From the NCBI GenBank assembly GCA_002363735.1, contig DEWP01000017.1:63393-127392 (forward strand): DNA of 64,000 nucleotides. The letters run 5' to 3'. The notes under the pieces were generated by a model. The model made no database searches, was not told the DNA's origin, and saw only the letters and a list, made by a program, of their open reading frames with translations. Below, in pieces: positions 39,699 to 50,721 of this stretch. Each line of letters starts with the position of its first letter. The first letter of the stretch is position 1. Source of the DNA: Bacillales bacterium UBA3207. GTDB taxonomy: Bacteria > Bacillota_I > Bacilli_A > RFN20 > CAG-826. Position numbers and translations under genes: made by a program.

Positions 39699-40055
39699 TT
39701 ATTTCTTCATTTTTTGGAGTTGTTCAGACTCCTTTTTTAATACTTCATCAAGACGATTCATTTTTTCATATGTTTCATCGAGATAGAATGTAATTTCTGG
39801 AGTTTTTCTGATATCGATTTTCTTCGCTAAAGAGGAACGAACATAACCACGAGTTTTGTTTAACTCTTCGAGGTTTTGCTTTGGATATTTTGCTCCTAAG
39901 AACGTGACATAAACTCTGGCATAAGAGAAATCACTGCTCACCCAAACTTCACTGACTGTACAAAAGCCAATTTTTGGATTTTTTAATTCGAATTGGATGA
40001 TTTCAGAAATGTTTTTTCCAATAATCGACTGAATTCTTTGTGTACGATCAGCCAT
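39699..40055 (-). CDS. rbfA: Ribosome-binding factor A
   Basis: 118 aa with a KH-like fold. Stop/start overlap with infB. Confidence 0.9.
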   Translation of the reverse strand: MADRTQRIQSIIGKNISEIIQFELKNPKIGFCTVSEVWVSSDFSYARVYVTFLGAKYPKQNLEELNKTRGYVRSSLAKKIDIRKTPEITFYLDETYEKMNRLDEVLKKESEQLQKMKK

Positions 40056-41884
40056 TATTCTTTTTCAACCATTTCGTATGCTTCGATGACATCGTTTTCT
40101 TTAAGGTCATTAAAGTTTTCAATTGTCATACCACATTCGAATCCTTCTTTTACTTCTTTAGCGTCATCTTTAAATCTCTTTAGAGAATTTAATTTTCCTT
40201 CATAGACGATAACACCGTCACGAAGAATACGGACTTTAGAACCCGATTTAATCACACCACTAGTCACATAAGAACCAGCAACAGTACCAATCTTAGAAAT
40301 CTTAATTAAGGAACGGACTTCTGCTTGACCAGTAACTTGTTCGACTTGTTCTTTCTTATACATACCTTTAATAGCGGCTTCCATTTCCTCAGTTAAGGCA
40401 TAAATAATTCGATGTAATCGGATTTCTACACCTTCTTCATCGGCTTTCGCTTGCACCATTGCAGTTGGGCGAACATTAAATCCATAGATAATCGCCTTAG
40501 ATGCGCTAGCAAGCATAATATCGTTATTCGTAATTGCGCCAGCGCTACTATGAATCACGTTAATATGAACTTGATCGTTACTTAATTTATCTAACGAGGC
40601 TTTCACAGCTTCAGCAGAACCTGTTGTATCAGCTTTTAAGACGATATTAACTTCTTGAACTTCGCCATTACTTTCAGTAATTTTTGAGTAAAGCTTTTCT
40701 AAAGTAGCTGCTGCTTGAGTGTTTTGTTCATTTTGTTTTTTGATTAAAGCACGCTTCTCAGCAATTTCACGAGCTTGTTTTTCGGTTGGGAAAGCCATGA
40801 ATTTATCACCAGCATTTGGAACTTCACTTAAACCAATAACAACAACTGGAGTTGAAGGTTTAGCTTCTTTAAGAATCTTTTTATGTTCGTTCGTCATGCG
40901 ACGAATTTTTCCATAAGCTGTTCCAACAACAACATAGTCTTGAAATGATAAAGTACCATTTTGAACAAGTAGAGTTGCTTTTGGACCTTCACCTTTATCA
41001 AGGTTAGCTTCGATAACTGTACCAATCGCGAAACGATTTGGGTTGGCTTTTAATTCTTGCATTTCCGCAACTAAAAGAATTGATTCAAGAAGTTCTTTAA
41101 TTCCAATATTCTTTTTCGCAGAAATTTCACAGCAGATGTTACTTCCACCATATTCTTCTGGAATAATGTCATAAGACATTAATTCAGTTTTAATACGGTT
41201 TGGATCAGCACCTTCCTTATCAATTTTGTTAATGGCGACAATAATTGGAACGCCAGCTGCTTTAGCATGGTCAATGGCCTCAATAGTTTGCGGCATGACA
41301 CCATCATCAGCAGCGACAACTAAAACGACAATATCAGTCACAGCAGCACCACGACTTCTCATCGCAGTAAAAGCTTCGTGTCCTGGAGTGTCAAGGAAAG
41401 TAATTTTTTGTCCATTAATTTCTTTTTGGTAAGCACCAATGGCTTGGGAAATACCACCGACTTCGCTATCGACTAAGTGTGATGAACGAATCGCATCGAT
41501 TAAGGTTGTTTTACCATGGTCGACGTGACCCATAATGGTGACAACAGCTGGACGAGGAAGAAGATCTTCTGGCTTATCAACGATTTCAACTTCTTCAAAT
41601 TGTTCTTCCGAAACAATCTTTTCTTTTTTAAAGTCGAAACCAAATTGTAAGCAGATTAATCCAATTGTTTCATCGTCGAGATTTTGGTTAATTGTCACCA
41701 TCATTTTCTTTTCTAAGAAAAGAAATTTAATAATATCGTTGACATTAATGCCGAGTTCTTTGGCAAGTTCAGCGACATTCATGCTACGGGTGAAAACAAA
41801 CACACCGTTATTGACGCGGTTAGCTGTTTCTTTTTGGTTTTGAGTTGTTGGGATATTGCTTTTACGAAATTCTTTTTTGGCCAT
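40055..41884 (-). CDS. infB: Translation initiation factor IF-2 (short N-terminus)
   Basis: G-domain GHVDHGKT and DTPGHEAF motifs. Confidence 0.95.
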   Translation of the reverse strand: MAKKEFRKSNIPTTQNQKETANRVNNGVFVFTRSMNVAELAKELGINVNDIIKFLFLEKKMMVTINQNLDDETIGLICLQFGFDFKKEKIVSEEQFEEVEIVDKPEDLLPRPAVVTIMGHVDHGKTTLIDAIRSSHLVDSEVGGISQAIGAYQKEINGQKITFLDTPGHEAFTAMRSRGAAVTDIVVLVVAADDGVMPQTIEAIDHAKAAGVPIIVAINKIDKEGADPNRIKTELMSYDIIPEEYGGSNICCEISAKKNIGIKELLESILLVAEMQELKANPNRFAIGTVIEANLDKGEGPKATLLVQNGTLSFQDYVVVGTAYGKIRRMTNEHKKILKEAKPSTPVVVIGLSEVPNAGDKFMAFPTEKQAREIAEKRALIKKQNEQNTQAAATLEKLYSKITESNGEVQEVNIVLKADTTGSAEAVKASLDKLSNDQVHINVIHSSAGAITNNDIMLASASKAIIYGFNVRPTAMVQAKADEEGVEIRLHRIIYALTEEMEAAIKGMYKKEQVEQVTGQAEVRSLIKISKIGTVAGSYVTSGVIKSGSKVRILRDGVIVYEGKLNSLKRFKDDAKEVKEGFECGMTIENFNDLKENDVIEAYEMVEKE

Positions 41885-41916
41885 ATCTAACTTCCTCCTT
41901 ACTTAGTCAAACGAGA

Positions 41917-43542
41917 TTATTTATCGTCGTCGTCGTAATATTGGTCGTATTCGTCGTAGTCGATATCTTCATCATCATCGACGTAATCATCGTCGAAGAA
42001 TTCATCTTCTTCTTCCATACGAGCCAATTCTTCGTCGGTATAAATCGACATTTGTGGTTCTTTCTTGATTGGTTTAACTTCTTCAGTCTTTTCGTGTTCA
42101 ACTTCTTCTTCAGTAATTTTACGTGGACGTTTAGAAGTTTTTTGAGTTGCCTTAAAGGCTTCTTTCTTTTGTTCTTTATCAAGTTGAGCCTCTAAAGATT
42201 CAAGAGTTGTTGTTGTACGAACAACAGTTTCTTTAACTGGAGCAACTGGAGCTTCTTCAACTGGTTCTTCAACCTTTGGTTGAACAACTTCTTTTGCTGG
42301 AGCTTCTTCTTGTACTTCATCATCAAGAATTTGTCTTGGAGTAGCTTTTTCGTTACCACTTTCAATGGCGCTTTCTTGTTGACGAGCAGCTTTAACTTGA
42401 GCGAGATATTTCTCGTATTTTTCTTTTTGAGCACGAACTTTTTCTTCTTCGTTAATCTTTTCAATTGATTTAAATTCAACGCCAAGATCAGCCATTTCGT
42501 GTTCTTCTTTAATATCAATGTTCCAGCCTGTTAATTTACAAGCTAAACGAGCATTAGCGCCTTTACGGCCAATTGCTAATGAAAGTTGTCCTTGTGGAAC
42601 AATCGCGATTGCTTTCTTTTCTTCTTCATTTAAATGAATGAATAAAACAGTTGCTGGACGAAGAGCATCGATAATGAAAAGTGCATCATTTGGAGAATAA
42701 GAAATAATATCGATTTTTTCTTTATCGCGGCTATTTCCAAGTTGGGCAACGATTTTTTGAATGGCGGCACCATTGACACCAATACATGCGCCAACACAAT
42801 CAACGTTTGGATCGTTGCTATAAACAGCAACTTTACTACGGATTCCAGCTTCACGAACAAGGTTTTTAATAATGACTGTTCCGTTATAAATTTCACTAAC
42901 TTCTTCTTCAAAAAGTCTTCTTAAATAACCAGCATCACTACGTGAAACACGAACCATTGGTCCTTTTTCTGATGTTGAAACTTGACTCACATATAAACGA
43001 ATTGAGTCGCCAATATTAAATGTTTCATCACCAATTAATTCACGACGGGAAAGATACATTGAAGTACGTCCAATGTTCACAATCGCTCCACGATCATCAC
43101 ATTTTTCAACAATACCAGTGATCATTTCACCGACTTTATCTTTGTGGGATTCATATAAAGCAAGTTTTTCTGCTTCAGCGAGTTTTTGACGTAAAACAGA
43201 TTTCACAATTAAAGCAGTGAGTCGTTTTAAATCATCAACTTTCACTTCTTCGTGATATTCATCACCAGCTTTTAATTTTTTATCATGAGTTTTGGCATCT
43301 TCGACAGAAATCTCAAGATAGTCATCTTGAACATCTTCGACAACCTTTTTCACGAGTTCCATTTTGATTTCAGCTGGATCTTCGGTAATTGAAACACGAA
43401 TATCAGCATCATCACCACCACCAAGTTGTTTGGCATAGGCTTTACGGAGTGATTCTTTCAGGGCTTCGATAATTGATTGTTTCGAGATACCTTTTTGGGC
43501 TTCGAGCTCATCAAGAGCTTCTAAGAATACTTTTGCATCCAT
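41917..43542 (-). CDS. nusA: Transcription termination/antitermination factor NusA with long charged/acidic C-terminal extension
   Basis: NTD, S1 and two KH domains, then ~190 aa of K/E-rich sequence ending in a D/E/Y tail. Confidence 0.95.
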   Translation of the reverse strand: MDAKVFLEALDELEAQKGISKQSIIEALKESLRKAYAKQLGGGDDADIRVSITEDPAEIKMELVKKVVEDVQDDYLEISVEDAKTHDKKLKAGDEYHEEVKVDDLKRLTALIVKSVLRQKLAEAEKLALYESHKDKVGEMITGIVEKCDDRGAIVNIGRTSMYLSRRELIGDETFNIGDSIRLYVSQVSTSEKGPMVRVSRSDAGYLRRLFEEEVSEIYNGTVIIKNLVREAGIRSKVAVYSNDPNVDCVGACIGVNGAAIQKIVAQLGNSRDKEKIDIISYSPNDALFIIDALRPATVLFIHLNEEEKKAIAIVPQGQLSLAIGRKGANARLACKLTGWNIDIKEEHEMADLGVEFKSIEKINEEEKVRAQKEKYEKYLAQVKAARQQESAIESGNEKATPRQILDDEVQEEAPAKEVVQPKVEEPVEEAPVAPVKETVVRTTTTLESLEAQLDKEQKKEAFKATQKTSKRPRKITEEEVEHEKTEEVKPIKKEPQMSIYTDEELARMEEEDEFFDDDYVDDDEDIDYDEYDQYYDDDDK

Positions 43543-43567
43543 TTGTTATTCTCCTTTATAAATGCAT

Positions 43568-44029
43568 TTAAAATTTAATCGCGAGTCGCGCATCATCAAT
43601 GTCTGAACGATTTAATTCAGCTTTGATTAAGCGAGTTTTTTCTCTAAAAGAGATTTTAACGATGTTTTCATTAACCTCATCAAGATCTCCTTCAAGAATG
43701 TTTTCACCCTTAAAAGGGTGAGAGAGATGTAAATGAACATATTTTCCAACGTATTTTTCTAGTTCATCAACTTTAATTGGTTTTTCTGCACCAAAGGAAG
43801 TGACATCAAGAACATATTCGTTTTGGATTAAATCTGCTTCATCTAAAATTGGACTAATTAAATCATTTACTTTGATGATTTCTTCTAAAGAAATTGTTTC
43901 ATCTTTATCAATCATCACACGTAAATAAAATGTTCCCATTTCTTTTTTGTAGCTAACAGCGACTTGGCTATATCCAAGTTTAAGAATTGGTTCTTCAATT
44001 AAAGATAAGACACTTTTTTCAATGTTCAT
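43568..44029 (-). CDS. rimP: Ribosome maturation factor RimP
   Basis: 153 aa at the conserved position upstream of nusA. Confidence 0.9.
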   Translation of the reverse strand: MNIEKSVLSLIEEPILKLGYSQVAVSYKKEMGTFYLRVMIDKDETISLEEIIKVNDLISPILDEADLIQNEYVLDVTSFGAEKPIKVDELEKYVGKYVHLHLSHPFKGENILEGDLDEVNENIVKISFREKTRLIKAELNRSDIDDARLAIKF

Positions 44030-44039
44030 AAAGACCCCT

Positions 44040-44110
44040 TTAATAAATTAAAGAGTGCCGATTGGCACTCTTAACAACAAGAGTTACTCACCGAAGTGAG
44101 CAACATAATC
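44040..44110 (-). promoter_or_regulatory. rimP-nusA-infB leader with two hairpins. It also serves as terminator of the upstream gene. A TTGCAT-17-TATGAT promoter candidate is at ~44100-44130
   Basis: Hairpins gttgctcacttcggtgagtaac and aagagtgccaatcggcactctt + U-run (minus strand) lie between the promoter-like boxes and the rimP RBS. Confidence 0.45.
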
Positions 44111-44144
44111 ATAAAGGAATCATCTAATAGATGCAACTATTATT

Positions 44145-45047
44145 TTAATAGAGTCCTTTTTTGTATAAACCTTTCTCGACGAGTTTCTTTAAAGAGGCAA
44201 CGACAAAATCCTTGTCTTCTTTATAAGTCACGCCAAACCAGACATCTGGAGTAGAAAGAAGTTTTAATGTTGCTTTGCCTTCTTCGACGAGTTCAGAAAC
44301 AACTGTTGGAATAAGATATTCATCTTTTAATGATTGGCCATGTTTATCCAGCCATGCTGGGAAACGTTCTTCTAAACGTTTGATGATATCTTTGCTAAAA
44401 GCGAAGAGGTTCATGGAAACTAATTGGTTATCTGGAACAATAAAGGAATCTCCACCATCAAGAGGTGTGCATTCAACTTCACCTTTTGCGTTTCTTTGGA
44501 CAGATGATTCAATCATCTTGGTGAGATATAAATCTTTATCATAGAAACAAACGCCACGTTTAACAGAACCGTTTTCAGTCATCGTGTTGGCGACTTCAAA
44601 AGCAACATTGACGTATTGACCTTCTTTATCAGATTTTAAATTTCTTAGATAATCGGCAGCAACTTGGTAGGTGCGTTGTCCATAATAGTCGTCACCATTA
44701 ATAATAATGAAGTCTTCTTTAATAAATTCTCTAGCCGCATAAATAGCGTGCGCTGTTCCCCATGGTTTTTCTCTTCCTTCTGGAACTTTATATCCTTTTG
44801 GAAGATCATCCATTTCTTGGAAGGCATAATGAGTTTCAATGATTTTTTCAACTCGTTTACCGATTGTATCTTTAAAAGCTTCATAAAATGCTTTCTTAAT
44901 GACAAAAATGACTGATGTAAAACCAGCAAGTTTGGCATCGTGAACGGAGTAATCAAGTAAAAAGTTACCTGCTTCATCCATTTTTTCCATTTGTTTTAAG
45001 CCACCAAAACGGGAACCCATTCCAGCGGCGAGAATGACTAATTGCAT
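44145..45047 (-). CDS. Sugar-phosphate nucleotidyltransferase family protein
   Basis: N-terminal ILAAGMGSRFGG signature. Confidence 0.6.
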   Translation of the reverse strand: MQLVILAAGMGSRFGGLKQMEKMDEAGNFLLDYSVHDAKLAGFTSVIFVIKKAFYEAFKDTIGKRVEKIIETHYAFQEMDDLPKGYKVPEGREKPWGTAHAIYAAREFIKEDFIIINGDDYYGQRTYQVAADYLRNLKSDKEGQYVNVAFEVANTMTENGSVKRGVCFYDKDLYLTKMIESSVQRNAKGEVECTPLDGGDSFIVPDNQLVSMNLFAFSKDIIKRLEERFPAWLDKHGQSLKDEYLIPTVVSELVEEGKATLKLLSTPDVWFGVTYKEDKDFVVASLKKLVEKGLYKKGLY

Positions 45048-45115
45048 CGTAAATTACCTCGCTAGGACATATTGTAAAACAATGACAAGTATTTTTCTAT
45101 TACATTGTAAATATG

Positions 45116-45144
45116 TTGCAAATAATCTCTTTGTTAACTATAAT
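45116..45144 (+). promoter_or_regulatory. Sigma-A type promoter TTGCAA-17-TATAAT
   Basis: Near-consensus -35/-10 with 17-nt spacer ~30 nt upstream of the ATG at 45178. Confidence 0.55.
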
Positions 45145-45177
45145 TTACGTGCTTTCTTAGAAAGGATAATTATAATT

Positions 45178-45609
45178 ATGCGCAAAATTTTATTACCAAT
45201 TCTCTCTCTTGTTAGTGTGATTCTTGTTGCGATTGCGTTTGGCATTGCTGCTCAAACTGCTGCAACACGTGTCGATGGAAGCAATTTCGGAAACTATTAC
45301 CAACTCGTTTTTGAAAGAGGAAGCAATGTCTTTGCAACATTAAGCTTTGTCTTCTTAATCATTGCAACAGTTGCATTAGTTGTTTGCTTAATTCCATTTA
45401 AGTTCCGTAAATTCGTTCTTCCAGGAGCGTCAGTCTTATTCATCTTAACTGGTGTCTTAGTGATTCTTGCTCCAAAGCACGCATCAGATGTCTCGCCATT
45501 AACCGTGACATGTTCAATGACGGCAACTGCTGTTCTTCTCATCGTAACAGGTGCTGTTCTTTGCTTAATGACAGTGCTTAGTTTCCTTGGTAAGAAGGAA
45601 TCCAAATAA
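45178..45609 (+). CDS. Small polytopic membrane protein (4 TM)
   Basis: Starts MRKILLPILSLVSVILVAIAFGIAA with an AAAGGA RBS. The track ORF that begins at 45034 lacks an RBS. Confidence 0.55.
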   Translation: MRKILLPILSLVSVILVAIAFGIAAQTAATRVDGSNFGNYYQLVFERGSNVFATLSFVFLIIATVALVVCLIPFKFRKFVLPGASVLFILTGVLVILAPKHASDVSPLTVTCSMTATAVLLIVTGAVLCLMTVLSFLGKKESK

Positions 45610-45625
45610 TCCTAGAATTGAAAAG

Positions 45626-45657
45626 CAAAAACGCATCGAATTTGATGCGTTTTTTCT
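45626..45657. terminator. Bidirectional terminator between convergent genes
   Basis: aaacgcatc-gaattt-gatgcgttt with an A-run and a T-run on either side. Confidence 0.7.
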
Positions 45658-45745
45658 TTGCTTATTTAGCGTTATTTAACCGAGATTTGCTGGTTATTTT
45701 GTTACAATTCCTTAATATTTTTAAGTAAATAAAAACAACTGAAAA

Positions 45746-46294
45746 TTAATTGACTTTGATTGTTTTTATTTTTGTATAATTGTTATTCTTCGTTTCTTTG
45801 ATTCCGTAGATAAATTCAACTAAACCATAGACAGCGATAAGCACGCCAACAATGATCCAGAAAACATTACGGAAATCAGCTACTGCGATATAAAGAACCG
45901 AAACAACAATTGCCACAACACCAAGAACAATGTTCATGATGGCTGGAACGGTTTCTTTCTTTGTTAAAAGGTAGACACCATAAAGTAAAATGCCAACACC
46001 GCTTCCTAAAATAACGATAACAAGGAAGTTAATTAAAACGCCAACTGATAAAAAGTCGGTGAAAAGTGTTACACCAACGCTAACCAAGATTGTTCCTAAA
46101 ATTAAAGAAGCACTTGGTAAAGGTTGTTTTTTACTTAATGCATAAACACCTATCGCAAGAAGACATAAACCAGAAATTAGGGCAACAATTCCGAAATAAA
46201 CATCAAGGACTGCTTGACCACCGAAAATGGCGATTAAAACACCCATGACGATGAGGAAGATACCGCTAATTAATGTCTTATTTTTGTCGATCAT
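45746..46294 (-). CDS. DUF308/HdeD-like multi-pass membrane protein
   Basis: 182 aa, entirely TM, with repeated G-x-hydrophobic helices. Confidence 0.45.
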   Translation of the reverse strand: MIDKNKTLISGIFLIVMGVLIAIFGGQAVLDVYFGIVALISGLCLLAIGVYALSKKQPLPSASLILGTILVSVGVTLFTDFLSVGVLINFLVIVILGSGVGILLYGVYLLTKKETVPAIMNIVLGVVAIVVSVLYIAVADFRNVFWIIVGVLIAVYGLVEFIYGIKETKNNNYTKIKTIKVN

Positions 46295-46367
46295 TTTCTT
46301 TTCCTTTCATTTTTTACGCAATAACTTTATTACAATTAATGATTGAATTCAATCATTTAAATAAAAA

Positions 46368-46385
46368 AGGCGTCAACTGACGCCT
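46368..46385 (-). terminator. Rho-independent terminator downstream of the PAP2-like gene
   Basis: aggcgtc-aact-gacgcct followed by a U-run on the minus strand. Confidence 0.6.
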
Positions 46386-46405
46386 ATTGAGATTAACAAT
46401 GAGAA

Positions 46406-47110
46406 TTATTCTTCATCCTCTTTTAACTCGATGTACTCGTCTTTAACTTCTGTTGGAATTAACCAGCGACAAAGTCCAATAAACAGGAAATAGATCGCTA
46501 AGGTTAATAAGACGGCTCCGATAATATCGCTAAGCCAGTGTTTTACTGCGAGTAAACGAGTTAAAACAAGAAGGAGAGATAAGATGACTGTTGAAAGATG
46601 AATAAGTGTCTTAAAAACGCTATCTTTGACCCATAAATACTTTAATAAGACATAACTATTTAATAAATAGAAGGAACATCCTAATAAAATATGACTACTT
46701 GGGTAAGATGCTTTTAAACTTCCTTCGACACTATCTGGAGAGTAATTAACAACGACAATTTCAAAGAAGAAATAGAAGATTAACACAACTAGATAAGCGC
46801 CAAGAAGGAAATAAAAGAGCGGATTCACTTTCTTTAGTGACTTAAATTTAATGAGTTGGTAAATGCCAAAGATGGCAAGAATTCCAACGTAGCCAAAGGA
46901 GACATAAAGTAAAATGTCACTGACCTTACGCATGAATTCATATTTACCAAATTCGGTCACTAGATCACCAAATTTATAGTTCATTGAATAAAATCCAAGC
47001 GTTGTGTGATTATAAATTTCGTGCACATCGATGGTTTTCGCCAAAATCGTCCAAAGGACGAAAATGGCGAACATCGCAATTGATAACCACATGAAGACTT
47101 GTTTTTTCAT
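46406..47110 (-). CDS. PAP2-like membrane phosphatase (tentative)
   Basis: 6 TM helices. It has a PSGH-like YPSSH motif and a later H-x-x-x-D (HWLSD) resembling PAP2 motifs 2 and 3. Confidence 0.4.
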   Translation of the reverse strand: MKKQVFMWLSIAMFAIFVLWTILAKTIDVHEIYNHTTLGFYSMNYKFGDLVTEFGKYEFMRKVSDILLYVSFGYVGILAIFGIYQLIKFKSLKKVNPLFYFLLGAYLVVLIFYFFFEIVVVNYSPDSVEGSLKASYPSSHILLGCSFYLLNSYVLLKYLWVKDSVFKTLIHLSTVILSLLLVLTRLLAVKHWLSDIIGAVLLTLAIYFLFIGLCRWLIPTEVKDEYIELKEDEE

Positions 47111-47114
47111 TCAA

Positions 47115-50100
47115 TTAACCAATCTTTTCCCATGTGTATTTGTAAGGTTTATCAAAGTTGTTATAGTATTGGCTATTTGTACCAATTGTAACACCATTGA
47201 TTTTACCGCTTAAGCGTTCAAGGTTTGCTTGACCATTTGTATTCCAGGCTGCTAAAGCAGCAGATGGAGCAAATTCAACGTTTTTAACAGTTGCTGTGAA
47301 AGTAACTTTCACGTCAAGTAAAACTTTTAATGTTGCGGTTAGTTTATTGAGTACATCAATCTTTTGGTTTGTGTTCAAATATTGATAACGTTTTGATGTG
47401 ATTTCGGCTTCAAGTTCATGAAGGACTGAAATACCGGTTAATTCATCAAGGTTTAAACCAACATTAAAGACGTGTTCAAGTGAATCTCCTGATCCACGAG
47501 TTGTGTAAGATAAACCAGTATCAGTAAATGTATTGGTGAAATCTCCTGCTTCTCTTTCGGTTGTGCTTGTAGAAGCATTGTCACCACCAAGTTTAGAGAT
47601 GTAACTATTGTTAATACCAATTACACCACCAAGTAAGTAGCGGGCAATATCATCTAAGAAATGTTTGCCATCACTACGGTAATGGTATTCTTGGTATGTG
47701 TGTTTGGTCTTTAAAGACCAATTTTGAAGTGTTGTTGATGTTTCATCTAAAGTTCGATGAATATTAAATTCACCACTAACACCGTTATGTTCTTCGTCAT
47801 TATATGATTCGAAGCTCATTTCAGATGACATCGAGTGACCAGTTTTCAAAAGGCCATAGTCTTGTGTATAAAGTGAACTTGTTGGGATTGAACCAAATTT
47901 ACCATAGACTTTAGCTTTTTCTCCATCAACAAAGATGTAGAAGTTAATATTTTTAAGATCAATGTTTAATGCACCAAGAAGGGCGTTCACATTGGCGTCT
48001 GCGCCTAAGTGCCAATAATTTGGTTTAGAAGTGTTAATACCTAAATCAACAAGAACTTTGACAGAATCAAGATCCATATATTTTGTATTCGGATTCTTAT
48101 CAACAACATCAACAAATGATGTGTCGTAATCTGTTAATTCAAAGTGCATATTAATTGTTTTAGCACTGTCTCCACTACCAAGGTTGAAATTGACGATATC
48201 AAGGCTAGATAATCCTTGATTATCACTATCATAATCACCTTTTAGACCAACATCTAAAGTGATATCGCTTGGGAAGTTGAGTAATTCTTTGGAAATCACA
48301 ATACGAATTGTTTTTCCGTTATTAATGACACTAATTTCTTTTAATAATTGATTTGATGCAAGATGGACATAATCTTTTGAATCAATAATATCGCCAACAA
48401 CACCTAAACCAAGTAAATCAAGGATTGGTGAAAGGAATTTGGTGAATTTTGGATCACTACCAAAATCATTAGCGAATGTCTTAATGATATCTAAGATATC
48501 AGAGAACGTTTGAAGTCTCATCTTACCTTTAATATTCTTGCTTCCAGTTGGATCACCATAAACAAAGCGAGCTAAGTTGTTATTAGATTGGCTAATTAGT
48601 TCACCTTTGTCGTTATAGAATTGTTCAACATTGGATGCTAAGTTTGTAACATTTAAAGCAATCTTATGTGTTGCCCAAACAGTATTTGGATGATATTTAT
48701 ATTGCTTAATTTCAAGGTTTCCATAACCTTCTTTGACAGTATCGTTATTATCGAGTTGTCCTTTACCAGTGAAAGTCATGCCTAAACCAGCGCTATCTTT
48801 CATACTACCATTTAAAACAAATCCTGTTTTCTTGGTGTTGGTGAAATCACTGATTTGGTCAATGATATCTGGAATAAATTTCACTGATTGATAATCGTTA
48901 CGGCTACCAAGTTCAACATCAGCAAATTTAGAAGTTTTTGCGTTCACATTAGCAACATAGTCACCAAATGTAATATTTTCAGCAGAAATTTCAAATTTGC
49001 TTAAGTTATCTAATGTTTCAACATTAGAGAAGATTTCTTCTTTTTGATCTTCGCTTAAATTTTCATCGTTATAAACATCGTTAAAGTTTGGATAACGAGC
49101 ATCGTTTTTCACATTAATATCAACGCGGGCGTTTTCTCCAATTCCGAGTTGAGAAAGATTTAAACCAAGGTGAATTCCATCTTGATCATTTTCAAGTGTT
49201 TCAAGCATATCTAAGACAAAGCTGAAATCACCTTTTTCGACGCATTCAGCTAAATCATCAGTTAAGAAACTTGTTAATGTATCTAAAGATGCGGAACCTT
49301 GTTCTTCACCGCTTGCTTGATCCATCATATCTGGGATCATATCGACAAGACGGTTCATTGTTGGAGTGTCAACTTTAAGTTTCATAACAGCTTTTTTGTT
49401 ATGATTTGAATCTTCTTGTTCGTTAAAACGAACATAACCTTCACCTTCTGCAAAGGAAAGATCTAAGTTAGCGTATTCAATGTCTTGTTGACCAAGAAGA
49501 TTGAGTTGGAAGTTAAATCCAACATCACTAATGATGTCAGAGATTGTACGTTCTTCTTTTTCTTCATTATTTGTTTCAACATCAACTTTAGAAGAACCAT
49601 TTTCATCTAAAGTATATTGACTTAAATCAAGAAGTTTATCGAAGTCAACATTTAAAGAACCGTTGATTTTAGCAATGTCAATTCGATTTGTTACTTTATT
49701 AACAGAATCGTAGTCGTTATTGTCTAAATCTAAGGAGAATTCAAAACCAGCTTTTTGGTGTTGTCCGTCTTCCATTAAAAGTTTTGCGATATTGTGTGTT
49801 AAACCTGTGTAATTGAAGACTTCGACATAGTCGTTACCGGCTGCTGGAGAAGTGAATTCATCATAATTTTTTAGATCAATATTCACCGCACCACTAACTT
49901 CAAGGTTACCAACAGAAATGGTTCCTAAATTGACTCTTTCAAGAGTAAATTCTTCGTTTGTGATGAGTTCGATTTGCATATCTCCACCATCTTCACCTAA
50001 TGTGATGTGCCAATGACCATCAATTAGTTCTTCTTTTGGATTGGAGATTAAACTCATTACATCAAGACCACCAGTGGCATCTTCCATGCCTTTGTTTTTT

Positions 50101-50720
50101 GTGGTGTCTTCTGGTGGATTCATTAATCCATCAATTAATCCACCGATCTTATCAGTAAGAAGTGTACCAAGATTTTCCATTAATTTTGGGAAATCAAGGT
50201 GAGCATATCGGGCAAATGCGTACCAATATTGATAAATAAGGTTTTCAGTAGAAAAATCAGTAAACTTCATCTTCATATCTTTTAGACCAAAATAAACATC
50301 CTTACGGAAGCGGCCTAAAGTTAATGGAAGTTTTTTACCGTTATAGTCAGCTTCAGCATCGATTGAGAATTCGATACCACTGAGTGATAAATCACTCATT
50401 CTAAAGTCGACTCCACCATCAACAGCAATTGTATTCACAAATTGTGAATCTTCATTCATCTTGTATTTCAAAACAAGATTATCGAAGCTTGCGCTAAGGT
50501 AGTTGTTTGCGGAATGATCTTCGCCTAAACCAACGTCTCTTGTGATTTTTTCGACAAATTGACCAAATGCTGTTGGCGCTGGAGTGTCGACTGAGACGTC
50601 AATGTACTTAGTACGGTTTGGGGTAACCATGTAGCCACCAAGGAATGTGCCAATGAAGGCAAATACGCCTGTGGTAATAATGGCTGCACGTTTGAGGGTT
50701 TTTTTCATTCTAGGTTTCAT
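47115..50720 (-). CDS. 1201-aa signal-anchored extracellular protein of unknown function
   Basis: An N-terminal K/R-rich segment and a single TM helix precede ~1150 aa of D/N/G/T/S-rich non-repetitive sequence. It is translationally coupled to the upstream 305-aa gene. Confidence 0.7.
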   Translation of the reverse strand: MKPRMKKTLKRAAIITTGVFAFIGTFLGGYMVTPNRTKYIDVSVDTPAPTAFGQFVEKITRDVGLGEDHSANNYLSASFDNLVLKYKMNEDSQFVNTIAVDGGVDFRMSDLSLSGIEFSIDAEADYNGKKLPLTLGRFRKDVYFGLKDMKMKFTDFSTENLIYQYWYAFARYAHLDFPKLMENLGTLLTDKIGGLIDGLMNPPEDTTKNKGMEDATGGLDVMSLISNPKEELIDGHWHITLGEDGGDMQIELITNEEFTLERVNLGTISVGNLEVSGAVNIDLKNYDEFTSPAAGNDYVEVFNYTGLTHNIAKLLMEDGQHQKAGFEFSLDLDNNDYDSVNKVTNRIDIAKINGSLNVDFDKLLDLSQYTLDENGSSKVDVETNNEEKEERTISDIISDVGFNFQLNLLGQQDIEYANLDLSFAEGEGYVRFNEQEDSNHNKKAVMKLKVDTPTMNRLVDMIPDMMDQASGEEQGSASLDTLTSFLTDDLAECVEKGDFSFVLDMLETLENDQDGIHLGLNLSQLGIGENARVDINVKNDARYPNFNDVYNDENLSEDQKEEIFSNVETLDNLSKFEISAENITFGDYVANVNAKTSKFADVELGSRNDYQSVKFIPDIIDQISDFTNTKKTGFVLNGSMKDSAGLGMTFTGKGQLDNNDTVKEGYGNLEIKQYKYHPNTVWATHKIALNVTNLASNVEQFYNDKGELISQSNNNLARFVYGDPTGSKNIKGKMRLQTFSDILDIIKTFANDFGSDPKFTKFLSPILDLLGLGVVGDIIDSKDYVHLASNQLLKEISVINNGKTIRIVISKELLNFPSDITLDVGLKGDYDSDNQGLSSLDIVNFNLGSGDSAKTINMHFELTDYDTSFVDVVDKNPNTKYMDLDSVKVLVDLGINTSKPNYWHLGADANVNALLGALNIDLKNINFYIFVDGEKAKVYGKFGSIPTSSLYTQDYGLLKTGHSMSSEMSFESYNDEEHNGVSGEFNIHRTLDETSTTLQNWSLKTKHTYQEYHYRSDGKHFLDDIARYLLGGVIGINNSYISKLGGDNASTSTTEREAGDFTNTFTDTGLSYTTRGSGDSLEHVFNVGLNLDELTGISVLHELEAEITSKRYQYLNTNQKIDVLNKLTATLKVLLDVKVTFTATVKNVEFAPSAALAAWNTNGQANLERLSGKINGVTIGTNSQYYNNFDKPYKYTWEKIG

Positions 50721-50721
50721 C

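Noticed and set aside
41890-42060. Apparent cgtcgtcg / atcatcatc tandem repeats
   Set aside because: This is codon-level low complexity from the poly-Asp/Glu/Tyr C-terminal tail of NusA, not a DNA repeat element.
45034-45177. Upstream extension of the 45034-45609 ORF
   Set aside because: A near-consensus TTGCAA-17-TATAAT promoter sits inside this extension and a good RBS precedes the ATG at 45178. The gene therefore starts at 45178.
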